Assembly (NCBI GenBank): GCA_963745075.1 | Contig: CAVUWV010000027.1 | Span: 1-64,000, forward strand | DNA from: Candidatus Hydrogenedentota bacterium | GTDB lineage: Bacteria; Hydrogenedentota; Hydrogenedentia; Hydrogenedentales; SLHB01 | Length of the DNA: 64,000 bases | Direction of reading: 5' to 3' | The notes under the pieces: generated by a model | Databases searched by the model: none | The model's input: only the letters and a program-made list of their open reading frames with translations | What the model was told of the DNA's origin: nothing | Translations under genes and position numbers: made by a program | Shown here: in pieces, positions 43,397 through 53,452 of the stretch | Position numbering within the stretch: position 1 is the first letter of the stretch | How the letters are laid out: each line of letters opens with the position of its first letter

Positions 43397-43723
43397 TTAG
43401 CCGACGGAAAACACACTCTGAAGTTTCATGGCAAGACTGACATCACCCTTGATCTTCAGCTTGCCGGTGAGAAACGCTGTCTGACCGCTGAGTTGCCCGG
43501 AGACGATCTTGAGCCAGTCTTCGTCGCTGGCGGTCAGGGTGATGCTTGGATTCTCCGCGGTTCCCTCGGAGACATCCGCTTGGCCATCGGCGATCTTCAC
43601 GTACCAGTCGCCGCCGCCATCGCCCGTGATCGAAAACTGGTAGGTGGCATTCATGCCACTGATCTTGGCGGGATCGACTTTACCCTGAAGCTCGGAAAAG
43701 AATCCTGCTACCGTATCTGCCAT
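43397..43723 (-). CDS. SCP2 sterol/lipid carrier domain protein
   Basis: YQFSITGDGGGDWYV...AFLTGKLKIKGDVSLAMKL, the classic SCP2 pattern. Confidence 0.92.
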   Translation of the reverse strand: MADTVAGFFSELQGKVDPAKISGMNATYQFSITGDGGGDWYVKIADGQADVSEGTAENPSITLTASDEDWLKIVSGQLSGQTAFLTGKLKIKGDVSLAMKLQSVFSVG

Positions 43724-44172
43724 TGTACGTTTTTCACCTCCGAGTTGTGCGGTCAGGCGTTGCCTGGCCTGGTTTTTTATTTTTGTGAACGGATCGTACG
43801 GCCCGTTCAAAACACCCGAAAATCGTCTTTCGCCAAGCGTCGGACCGTCGCCAATTACCGGAGCGAACACCCCAACCTGCGACCGATAATGTATCACAGC
43901 GTGTGTCGAGCGTCAACGCGGCCGCCGTAGTGCGCGTATGCTTCCGATCCTTGTTTCGCGCCCGATTCACAGGGGTTTTCAGCGACACGGGTTTGCTCGA
44001 TGTGCGACAAACGATCGCAACGCGCTTCGTTTTGACGAAGCGCCTGACGCGCGCACGGCGACGTTGGCCGTTTGACAATGTGCGACGAAACTCGCGACGG
44101 ATACGCGCTGTCGCAGGGTTCAAAATGCCCCCTACCCGCTCAAAAAAATTACGCGGATTCGAGAAAAAATGC

Positions 44173-44201
44173 TTGCTATTTTTTTAATTGTTTGCTACAC
44201 A
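44173..44201 (+). promoter_or_regulatory. Candidate sigma70 promoter ~630 nt upstream of histone-like gene
   Basis: TTGCTA-17 bp-TACACT with extended TG, in an AT-rich patch. Confidence 0.5.
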
Positions 44202-44833
44202 CTTATATAGACGGATTAACGCAAACGCAGATTGCGTTGCGAGCGGAGACAGTTGTAGTGCCAATACGGTGAGCGATACGCGGTCCGAGTGACCTGCTCA
44301 TCGAACCAGTTGAAGAACGATCGGAACGCATTTGTGGCGTCGGTATCCGTGCGCGGATGCCGGGCAAACCGTAACTTTCAGATTGCCACAGCGTGGATGA
44401 GTTCGGAGGGGGGGTCGTCCCGAGACCGGCGGAGGGAGCACGTGAGCACGTGAGCACTTTGAGCGATACGCGGTTTATCGCTCGCGTTATGTGCCCTGCC
44501 TGTTGTCGATTGTTATCGAAAACCATCCTGAGATTTTCCGGTTCCGTGCGCACGCAGTTCGATGGAGTAGGACCACCGGTTTGCGGCGCCTGAATTGGGT
44601 CACACGAATCGACGTTCCGATTGGGGCATGAATCCTTTCAAAACGTCGCAGTTCCCCGTTGCACCCGGGGAGCCACGGCGATATGCCAGTTGAACCAATG
44701 CGGATCTATGTCCGCTGGTTGAGCGTCCCATGGGCACCCATGGGAACGGCGCTGTCCGGGGTGGTCACCTGTGGTGGCCGGTACGAACCCCGCGGGCCGT
44801 AGGGAAAGAGGCAGCAGAAAAGGAGGAAACGGA

Positions 44834-45148
44834 ATGGCAGTTAAAAAACGGGCAGCCGCGAAGAAAAAGCCGGCTGCGAAGAAGAAGGTAGCGAAGAAGA
44901 AGCCGGCCGCCAAGAAGAAGTCGGCAGCGAAGAAGAAGCCGGCCGCCAAGAAGAAGGCCGCAGCGAAGAAGAAGCCGGCCGCCAAGAAGAAGAGGGTAGC
45001 GAAGAAGAAGCCGGCCGCCAAGAAGAAGAGGGTAGCGAAGAAGAAGCCGGCCGCCAAGAAGAAGAGGGTAGCGAAGAAGAAGCCGGCCGCCAAGAAAAAG
45101 GCTGCTGCGAAGAAGAAGTCGGTCGCCCGCAAACGTCGCAGGAGATAG
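44834..45148 (+). CDS. Histone H1-like Lys/Ala-rich nucleoid protein (Hc2/AlgP-like)
   Basis: Strong RBS AAAGGAGG; 104 aa of AAKKK/PAAKKK/RVAKKK repeats. Confidence 0.85.
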   Translation: MAVKKRAAAKKKPAAKKKVAKKKPAAKKKSAAKKKPAAKKKAAAKKKPAAKKKRVAKKKPAAKKKRVAKKKPAAKKKRVAKKKPAAKKKAAAKKKSVARKRRRR

Positions 45149-45285
45149 TCGCTGGGGCGAGCGTACCGAATCTTGACGGTACCTGCGTGAATACTCCCCG
45201 GTTCTCTCCGACGACAGTGCACCAAAGCGTGGAGAGGCCAGGGGGGTTGTAGGGTGGGTGCCCGTCTCGTTGAACGGTTTATTGC

Positions 45286-45334
45286 GCACGTTAGGAAGCC
45301 GTAGTTTGAACGCGGCGCCTGGCGTGCTTTTTTT
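45286..45334 (+). terminator. Intrinsic terminator after histone-like gene
   Basis: GCACGTTAGG...CCTGGCGTGC stem followed by T7. Confidence 0.6.
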
Positions 45335-45404
45335 GTCCCAACGTTCAGGGCAACGTTTCGGGACGGAAAGTATCGGCTGTGAGAGAATGCCCCAGGCATC
45401 GTAG

Positions 45405-46309
<905 letters not shown>

Positions 46310-46331
46310 GGTTACGGGACGGTCTTCCGGC

Positions 46332-46988
46332 TCAGTTACGCAGCGCCAGCTCCGCCACGGCCGCTGGAATCCCTGCCGGACTATCCACAACGGCGTCCGC
46401 TTCGGCCAATTCGCTGGGCACGCCGAATCCATACGAAACGGCGACGGCGTACCCTTCATGGGCCCGTGCGCTTTCGATGTCGTCGTGGCGATCACCGACC
46501 ACAACGAAGGGGCGCACCGATACCTCGCATAGGATCGCGTCGACCATTTCGGTCTTGCTCGAAAAACGCGTGCCCCGACAAAGCGCCGGTTGAAAGAACG
46601 GACGCAATCCCTGCGTGTCGAGGACTTCTGCAAAGTAATCCTCCGGCGCGTTTGATGACATGGCGAGGGCGCACCCCATACCCCGGAGTGCCGCGAGCAT
46701 ACCTAAGACCCCCGGAAACGGCTTGCCCGCATCGGTAATGAGCGCGAGTTCCCGCCGATCGGTTTCGGCAATGATCTCGTCGACCCGCCCCGTCGAACAA
46801 AGCCCAGCCAGCCAATCGTGGTATTCCTTGGCCGGCCGGCCGATGTACGATCCGATCTCCACCTCACCGGGCACCGCAAGGCCGTGCGCCGCAAACGTCT
46901 GTTGCACCGCCGGAATCGTCACACGGTGCGCGTCGAATAACGTGCCGTCGAGATCGAATATCACCAATGCGCGTTGTCCTACGGTCAT
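46332..46988 (-). CDS. HAD family phosphatase
   Basis: IFDLDGTL motif I, SSN motif II, K motif III, VGDRHDD motif IV. Confidence 0.92.
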   Translation of the reverse strand: MTVGQRALVIFDLDGTLFDAHRVTIPAVQQTFAAHGLAVPGEVEIGSYIGRPAKEYHDWLAGLCSTGRVDEIIAETDRRELALITDAGKPFPGVLGMLAALRGMGCALAMSSNAPEDYFAEVLDTQGLRPFFQPALCRGTRFSSKTEMVDAILCEVSVRPFVVVGDRHDDIESARAHEGYAVAVSYGFGVPSELAEADAVVDSPAGIPAAVAELALRN

Positions 46989-47142
46989 GAACTCCCCTTA
47001 TCTAATCCCGGTTCGGAACGCTCTGCGGATTGAAGACCGACATTGTACCGGGGAACGCCTGCGGCACCAAGGCGGGCGCTTAGGAACCAATTGGCGCCTA
47101 TGATATGCTTATCGGAAGGAGAGTAGGGGAAAGGACTGGACT

Positions 47143-48573
47143 GTGGGGTTGGGTAACATCGAATCGAAGTCCGCGCAGGTCTTGTGGGAGGACGTGGATG
47201 CGCGCGAAGCGCTGCTGCGCCGCATCGTGACCGAACGCCTCCACTTTGCTCCGCCGCCCACGTTGGACGACTACCTCGTCGCCACGTATTTCTTCGCGCT
47301 GCGGTCCACCAAGTTGGAAGGGGCCGCTGAGGAGATCAGTTACCTTGCTGCCAGCGGGGTCAAAAATCCGCCGCCGGGCTCCCTCCTCGACCAATGCTCC
47401 GCCAAACCCGCCGGTGTGGACGCCTTCGACGGCACCGGCCGTCTCGGTTTGGCTCACGTCGCATTCCCGCTCAAAATGATGGTCCAACCGGACGGCCATC
47501 TCACGTCGTGCGATATCCTGCATACGCTTGCCGGCGCGGGTATCTTCGATCTGTACGAACGGCAGGATGCTCGCCTCGTCGCGATCCAGATTCCGGACAA
47601 GATTATCCAAACCTTTCCGGGTCCCGCGTATGGGCCCCTGGGAGTACGCGAGCGCACGGGATTTGCGCCGGATCAGCCCGCCTTCGGCACAATTCTGAAA
47701 CCGACTGCCGGGATTACTGCGGATGACGTTGAGTTTCTCGTCGCCGAAGCGGCCCAATGCCCGTTGTTCCTTTTTGTGAAAGAAGACGAAGACCTGTACC
47801 CCAACCTCGATTACTCGCCCGTCGCGGAGCGCGCCCGGCGGGCCGCCGCGGCCATTGAGCGGGCCCGCGAAGCGCGCGGCGGTTTGGGGCTTCTCTTTGC
47901 CTCCCATATCACCAGCGCGCCCCATGAGATTGTCGATACGGTTCACGCCGTACTGGAGGCGGGCGCGACCGCGGTTATGTTCAGCGAAACCTTTGCAACC
48001 GGAACCGTGCGTATGGTTCGGGAGGCAACCAAGCATCTGGAGCATCCGCCCGCAATCTATGGCCACAACGCCGGCATCGGCGTCAAGACGCGTGCAATCT
48101 GGCGAGAAGTGATCGATTTGCTGGCACGGCTGGATGGCATCGATTTTCGGCAGACTGCCCCGGTCAAGGCGGGTGAACCCTTCCTGCGTCCCTACGGCGA
48201 GGAATGGCACGCATCAGAAACCACGCTGACGCAGTCTCTGCCTGACATCAAGCCGACGATGATCGTCCGCGCGGGCGGCTTGGACCAGGGCAACATCGGG
48301 TTGAATCTGCAGGACGTTGCGGTTCGCGGTATCACGGAGAACGTGCTCTTCCTGGCGGGTTCCGCGATCAATTCGATCAAGAACTCAAGCGGCAAAGCCG
48401 ACCCCAAGCGAGGTGCGGAAGCCATGATACAAGCGATCGAGGTTCATCGAAGCGGGACCCTGCGGAACGTGCCCGCCGATGAGCACACGCGCGCACTCTT
48501 CGCCCACGCGGAGATCCAGAAATTGGCGGCCCTTTGCGACGCCTTGAAACAACGCTATCCGGAGTTGTCGTGA
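47143..48573 (+). CDS. RuBisCO-like protein (form IV)
   Basis: FPGPAYGPLGVRE, GTILKPTAG, carbamylation motif FVKEDE, IYGHNAG, LARLDGID, AGGL; no small subunit or phosphoribulokinase nearby. Confidence 0.9.
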   Translation: MGLGNIESKSAQVLWEDVDAREALLRRIVTERLHFAPPPTLDDYLVATYFFALRSTKLEGAAEEISYLAASGVKNPPPGSLLDQCSAKPAGVDAFDGTGRLGLAHVAFPLKMMVQPDGHLTSCDILHTLAGAGIFDLYERQDARLVAIQIPDKIIQTFPGPAYGPLGVRERTGFAPDQPAFGTILKPTAGITADDVEFLVAEAAQCPLFLFVKEDEDLYPNLDYSPVAERARRAAAAIERAREARGGLGLLFASHITSAPHEIVDTVHAVLEAGATAVMFSETFATGTVRMVREATKHLEHPPAIYGHNAGIGVKTRAIWREVIDLLARLDGIDFRQTAPVKAGEPFLRPYGEEWHASETTLTQSLPDIKPTMIVRAGGLDQGNIGLNLQDVAVRGITENVLFLAGSAINSIKNSSGKADPKRGAEAMIQAIEVHRSGTLRNVPADEHTRALFAHAEIQKLAALCDALKQRYPELS

Positions 48574-49646
48574 TTGAGAAGGAAAAACGTCTGCTGCGAA
48601 TCGGGGTCCTCGGGTGTGGACCCATCGCGCAGTTTGCGCATTTTGATGCCTGCCGCAAGGGCCGTAACACGGAACTTTACGCCATTTGCGACGCCGCACC
48701 CGATCTGCTCGCCAAGATGGCGGCCGTCCACGAGCCCACAGCCACCTTCAACCGGTACGAAGACATGCTCGCCGATCAAAACGTGGACGCAGTCATCGTG
48801 GCGACGGCCGACGTGTTCCACGTGTCCCTCTGCCGACAGGCAGTCGCAGCGGGCAAGCACGTATTCGTGGAAAAGCCCCTCGGAGTTTCCGTCGAGGAGT
48901 GCGAAGCGCTGGGCGATGAGTTGCGCGGTGCGTCCCTGGTGTTCCAGGTGGGCACCAACCGGCGGTTTGACCCCGGCATCACCTTCGCGCACCGGTTTAT
49001 CCAAGAAGAAATGGGCGGACTGATGGCGTACAAGGGCTGGTACTGCGATTCCACCCTGCGCTATACCATGACCGACAACGTTCAGCCCATCCCGCATACC
49101 AGTGCGAAGGCACGGCGGCCCGAGGGAGACCCCAAGGCGGACAAGCGGCGTTATTTCATGCTTGCCCATGGCAGCCACTTGGTCGACACCGCACGCTTCC
49201 TGGCGGGACCTTTAGACGCGGTGCAGGCGCGGCTCGTCGAACGATTCGATGCCTATTGCTGGTTCGTCAATGTCGACTTCGCCGACGGAAGCGTGGGGCA
49301 TCTCGATCTGACCGTGCCGCTACGCGGGGACTTTCAGGAAGGGTTTCAAATCTACGGCGAGTTCGGGAGCGTCTACGGGAACATCCCGCTGCCCTGGTAC
49401 TACAAATGCGGTGACGTTGAATGTTTCTCCGTCAAGGATCGACAAATCCGGCGAGTACTTGGCGAGGACGCGTTCACCTACAAACTCCAACTGGAAGGAT
49501 TTGCCGACACGGTACTCCACGGACTGCCGATGCTCGGCGCCACGATCGATGACGGGATTGCCGGAATGCGGGCCATGGTGGCCATCGCGCGGTCCGTCGA
49601 AACGGGGGAACGGGTGCGTTTGGACGCCGTATCCGGCCAGGTATAG
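48570..49646 (+). CDS. Gfo/Idh/MocA family NAD(P)-dependent oxidoreductase
   Basis: IGVLGCGPIA, GKHVFVEKPL, GTNRRFDP, HGSHLVD; GTGA overlap with the RLP stop. Confidence 0.92.
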   Translation: MIEKEKRLLRIGVLGCGPIAQFAHFDACRKGRNTELYAICDAAPDLLAKMAAVHEPTATFNRYEDMLADQNVDAVIVATADVFHVSLCRQAVAAGKHVFVEKPLGVSVEECEALGDELRGASLVFQVGTNRRFDPGITFAHRFIQEEMGGLMAYKGWYCDSTLRYTMTDNVQPIPHTSAKARRPEGDPKADKRRYFMLAHGSHLVDTARFLAGPLDAVQARLVERFDAYCWFVNVDFADGSVGHLDLTVPLRGDFQEGFQIYGEFGSVYGNIPLPWYYKCGDVECFSVKDRQIRRVLGEDAFTYKLQLEGFADTVLHGLPMLGATIDDGIAGMRAMVAIARSVETGERVRLDAVSGQV

Positions 49647-49648
49647 AT

Positions 49649-50509
49649 ATGCACGTCGGAATTTTTGCCAAAACGTTTGTGAGATCGAAGCTGGAGGACA
49701 CGCTGGACGCCGTCAGCCAGCACGGTATTCGATCGGTTCAGTTCAACATGTCCTGCGCCGGATTGCCCACGCTCCCGGAATCCATCGATGAAGTATTGGC
49801 CGATAGCATCTGCGACGCCCTCCGGACGCGCGGCATCGTCATGGCGGCCGTATCCGGTACTTTCAACCTGATTCATCCCAACCATGATATCCGTGACATC
49901 GGCCTTACCCGGCTGCGTGCCCTTGCCAAGGTATGCAAGCGGCTGGGCACCTCGATCATCACACTCAGCACCGGCACGCGCGACCCCGAAAACATGTGGC
50001 GCCGTCACCGTGACAACGATACCCCGGGCGCGTGGGCCGATACGCGGGCGGCCATGGCGGAAGCCCTCCACATTGCCGGGCAATATCAGCTCAATTTCGC
50101 CTTTGAACCCGAGTTGTCAAACGTCGTGGATTCGGCCCAAAAGGCTCGCCGGTTGCTCGACGAGATGCAGTCCGCGAATCTAAGAGTCGTCATTGACCCC
50201 GCGAATCTCTTTCACCAGGGCGACCTCCCCCGTATGGCGGAGATACTCGACGAGGCCTTCGACTTGCTTGGCGACGCCATCGTGCTCGCCCATGCGAAAG
50301 ATTTAAGCCGCGACGGAGAAGCCGGCCAGCAGGCTGCCGGCACGGGCGCGCTGGACTACGATCGCTACGTCTGCTTGCTGGACCGCATCGGGTATCAGGG
50401 GCCGCTCATCTTGCATGGCCTGAGCGAAGACGAGGTGGACGGAAGCGTCACGTTCCTTCAAGAGAAGCTGAGCGCCCTCGAGCCGGGGGCGGCGCGCTCT
50501 CGGGAGTAG
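49649..50509 (+). CDS. Sugar phosphate isomerase/epimerase (AP endonuclease 2 TIM barrel)
   Basis: AFEPE, VVIDPANL, LAHAKD, GTGALDY metal-ligand pattern. Confidence 0.88.
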   Translation: MHVGIFAKTFVRSKLEDTLDAVSQHGIRSVQFNMSCAGLPTLPESIDEVLADSICDALRTRGIVMAAVSGTFNLIHPNHDIRDIGLTRLRALAKVCKRLGTSIITLSTGTRDPENMWRRHRDNDTPGAWADTRAAMAEALHIAGQYQLNFAFEPELSNVVDSAQKARRLLDEMQSANLRVVIDPANLFHQGDLPRMAEILDEAFDLLGDAIVLAHAKDLSRDGEAGQQAAGTGALDYDRYVCLLDRIGYQGPLILHGLSEDEVDGSVTFLQEKLSALEPGAARSRE

Positions 50510-50513
50510 GAGG

Positions 50514-51335
50514 ATGCCGGTCTTCGAACGGGATGGCATTCGATTCCATTACCGCGACGAGGGCGAAGGCATCCCCTTTGTGTTCCAGCACGGTCTTGGC
50601 GGGGACGTCGCGCAACCCTTTGGGTTCTTTGAAGGCTCCCTGCACGAGGACCCACGGTTCCGGCTCATCGCGCTCGATTGCCGTGCCCACGGCGAAACCC
50701 GCCCGGTGGGTCCCGAAGACACGCTCTCGATCGAAACGTACGCAGACGACGTGCTGGGTATGATGGACCGGCTCGACGTTTCGCGCGCGGTTATCGGCGG
50801 CATTTCCATGGGCGCAGCCGTCGCGCTTAACGTCGCGTTGCGTTACCCGGAAAGGCTCCGGGGTCTGATTCTGTCGCGACCCGCATGGTTGGACGAACCG
50901 GGCCCGGACAATCTCTCGATCCTGGGCACCATCGCGGCACTGATCCGCAGGTACGGCGCTGCGGAGGGCCGGGAACGATTTCTCCAATCCAACGAGTACG
51001 CCGCGATGGTGGAGGAGTCGCCCGATGTTGCCGGGTCCTTGCTGGGACAATTCGAGCATCCCCGCGCGGAAGAAACGGTGGCCAAGTTGGAACGGATCCC
51101 GCAGGATACGCCGTGCCGTGACCGTGCTGCCTGGGGTTCCATATCGATACCGACGTTGGTGCTGGCAAACCGCCAGGATCCGGTCCACCCTGTTGAATAC
51201 GGCGAAGTGCTGGCGTCTGCGATCCCTGCTGCGGAATTCCGCGAAATAACGGCCAAATCGGTTGACGTTACCCGTCACAACGACGATGTGCGCGAGTTCA
51301 TTTGCGATTTCTTCAACCGTCGCATCATGACGTAA
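50514..51335 (+). CDS. Alpha/beta fold hydrolase
   Basis: FQHGLGG, LDCRAHG, GISMG nucleophile elbow. Confidence 0.9.
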   Translation: MPVFERDGIRFHYRDEGEGIPFVFQHGLGGDVAQPFGFFEGSLHEDPRFRLIALDCRAHGETRPVGPEDTLSIETYADDVLGMMDRLDVSRAVIGGISMGAAVALNVALRYPERLRGLILSRPAWLDEPGPDNLSILGTIAALIRRYGAAEGRERFLQSNEYAAMVEESPDVAGSLLGQFEHPRAEETVAKLERIPQDTPCRDRAAWGSISIPTLVLANRQDPVHPVEYGEVLASAIPAAEFREITAKSVDVTRHNDDVREFICDFFNRRIMT

Positions 51336-51351
51336 CCCTGCGAGGTTTCCC

Positions 51352-51993
51352 ATGCTCAAGTGTTCCACATCCCTCTGGTCCGCCGACCTCAGCAACCTCG
51401 AAGCGGAAATCAAACGCGTAGAGCCGTACTCGGAGCGGTTTCACATCGACGTTGCCGATGGTCACTACACACCGGCGATGCTGTTTTTCCCCGACCTCGT
51501 GAAATCCATGCGAAAACACACGCAACTGCCCTTTGAAGTCCACCTGATGACCACCCATCCCTTGCAGTGGATCGAACCCTTCGTCGACGCCGGCGCGGAT
51601 GGGTTTATCGTCTACCTCGATTCCGACGACGATTCCCGCGAGGTCGTGGACACCATCAAGAAGCACGACAAGTTCGTCGGGATTTCGCTAGGCTTGAAAC
51701 AACCCCTTGATCTTCTCGAACCTTATTGGGATGAATTGGCCATTCTTTGCCTGTTGGGAACGGAGATCGGTATCAAAGGCGCTGGAATGGACCCGTCGGT
51801 ACCGGAGCGGATTCGAGCCGCACGCGCCATCATTCAGAAACGAGGTCTGTCGACGGAAATCGAAGCGGACGGCGGTATCCGGCGTTATACCGTGCCGCTC
51901 ATTCACGAGGCCGGCGCCGACTATATCGTCCCGGGTTCGCTAATGTTCGGCGAAGACCCGGTCGCCATGTGCGAATGGCTGGCTTCACTCTGA
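51352..51993 (+). CDS. Ribulose-phosphate 3-epimerase family protein (Rpe/AlsE-like)
   Basis: SLWSAD, FHIDVADGHY, EVHLM, IEADGGI, VPGS. Confidence 0.9.
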   Translation: MLKCSTSLWSADLSNLEAEIKRVEPYSERFHIDVADGHYTPAMLFFPDLVKSMRKHTQLPFEVHLMTTHPLQWIEPFVDAGADGFIVYLDSDDDSREVVDTIKKHDKFVGISLGLKQPLDLLEPYWDELAILCLLGTEIGIKGAGMDPSVPERIRAARAIIQKRGLSTEIEADGGIRRYTVPLIHEAGADYIVPGSLMFGEDPVAMCEWLASL

Positions 51994-52015
51994 TCGGAAT
52001 CGAGTGTATCCGCTA

Positions 52016-52208
52016 TCCTGTTTCCTTTCGTAATCGTAATCGTAATCGTAATCGTAATCGATAAGAAGTTTCGCTCGGCTCATGGATCGTGATGATCAAT
52101 GCGACTTCTATGGTTTTCCCAAGCAATTCGCACTGATTCTATGGATGATTTGGCATACTCGATTACGATTACGAACACGATTACGAGCCCGAGAAGAGGG
52201 AACAGGAA
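52016..52208. repeat. Inverted-repeat element with (CGTAAT)5 hexamer array between convergent genes
   Basis: CGTAAT x5 at 52029-52058; complementary TCGATTACGATTACGAACACGATTACGAG at 52159-52187; outer TCCTGTT/AACAGGA pair. Confidence 0.85.
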
Positions 52209-52219
52209 TCGTGAGAGTA

Positions 52220-53440
52220 TCAAGCCTCCTTGCCGGACTCTCTCGGTTCTTCCCGGAATAGCGCGACGAACACCATCGCCACGACGGCGCACGCCACGGC
52301 CGGAACCAACCAGAACGGCTGATATGCGACCAGACGCGTATTGGGGATGGTGAGCCCTTGCGCGAGCGTGCCCGCCAGCAGGCTTCCCATAAGATTGCCA
52401 AAGCCCGCGATGACCGTATTCAACAGCAACTGTGCGCCGGCCCGGTTTTCCCGGTTGCAGTGGTTGTCCAGGTAGATCATCGCCACAACGAAGAAGCACC
52501 CGTAGGTCAATCCATGCAAGCCGATCGCGGCAATCAGGAACGGGGTCTTGGGGTTCGTGGCGAAGATGGCGAATCGCGTGGCTTGCATGAGCAGCCCGAT
52601 CAATAACGTACCCTTCAGGCCGAAACGCCCAATCAGATGGCCCAACCCGCCAATGACAAGAATCTCCGATACCTGCCCCAAACTCAGTAACGGAAGAATC
52701 CAACCGTCGGCATACCCCAGTTGGCTCAGGTATGGGCTCATCCAAACAAGGTAAAACATGTTGAGAATCGAGTTGAGGAGGGTCACGGCGCATAGGATCG
52801 CCAGGCTGCGGTGCCGAAACACCGCCAATGCCGTCCACAAGGACGGGCGCTTGACGCCCGTCGACGCCGCTTTGGTTACGGGCAATGTCAGCGCATACAG
52901 CGCCATTACAACGGAGATGGCCGCGGACACCAGCAACGCATCGGGAAGGCGGCTTCGTTCACCGTGGGCATCACCCATCCGCAACCATGCCAATCCAAAA
53001 ACGAAACCAATGACGACCCAACCGATTGTGCCCCACATGCGGACCGGTCCAAAGTCCCGCCGTGCGTCGGGCAGATGGTGGAACGCGACGGTATTGGTCA
53101 TGGCCAGGGTGGGGGAGAAAACCAACCAGAATGCGAGGTATGCGGCAAGGAAAGAAAAGAATCCGGTTTGCGACCATAAGACGACCATGGCTCCAGCCGC
53201 CAGAATGTGCAGCACCGTCAGCATCCGTTCTGCGCTGATCCAGCGATCTGCCACGTTGGCGACGACGAGTGGCGACACGAAGGCCGCAATCGCCGGCATG
53301 GACAGAATGATTCCGACGCGGTAGGGATCCAGCGCCATATAGCCTTTGAGGTAGTGCCCCATCATCGGCATAAACACCCCCATGCCGACGTATTGGATGA
53401 ACATCATAATCGACAATCGTGACCGTATGGATAGTGGCAT
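52220..53440 (-). CDS. MFS transporter, nucleoside:H+ symporter (NupG/XapB/YegT) family
   Basis: RLSIMMFIQY, ADRWISAER, FGPVRMWGTIGW, SLGQVSE; ~12 TM. Confidence 0.88.
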   Translation of the reverse strand: MPLSIRSRLSIMMFIQYVGMGVFMPMMGHYLKGYMALDPYRVGIILSMPAIAAFVSPLVVANVADRWISAERMLTVLHILAAGAMVVLWSQTGFFSFLAAYLAFWLVFSPTLAMTNTVAFHHLPDARRDFGPVRMWGTIGWVVIGFVFGLAWLRMGDAHGERSRLPDALLVSAAISVVMALYALTLPVTKAASTGVKRPSLWTALAVFRHRSLAILCAVTLLNSILNMFYLVWMSPYLSQLGYADGWILPLLSLGQVSEILVIGGLGHLIGRFGLKGTLLIGLLMQATRFAIFATNPKTPFLIAAIGLHGLTYGCFFVVAMIYLDNHCNRENRAGAQLLLNTVIAGFGNLMGSLLAGTLAQGLTIPNTRLVAYQPFWLVPAVACAVVAMVFVALFREEPRESGKEA

Positions 53441-53452
53441 GCGTGGTCTCGA

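Noticed and set aside
44365..44440. Twister ribozyme or c-di-GMP-I riboswitch hints (GGGCAAACC; GTCCCGAG...GGAGGG)
   Set aside because: The required pseudoknot partners and the GACGCAAA segment were not found.
44585..44820. c-di-AMP (ydaO) riboswitch suggested by CTGAAT...GGGG..GAATCC
   Set aside because: The conserved GGGGGAAC and CAGCTAAC segments are missing.
47143..48573. Bona fide RuBisCO / Calvin cycle locus
   Set aside because: Several RuBP-binding residues are substituted; no small subunit, activase or phosphoribulokinase nearby.
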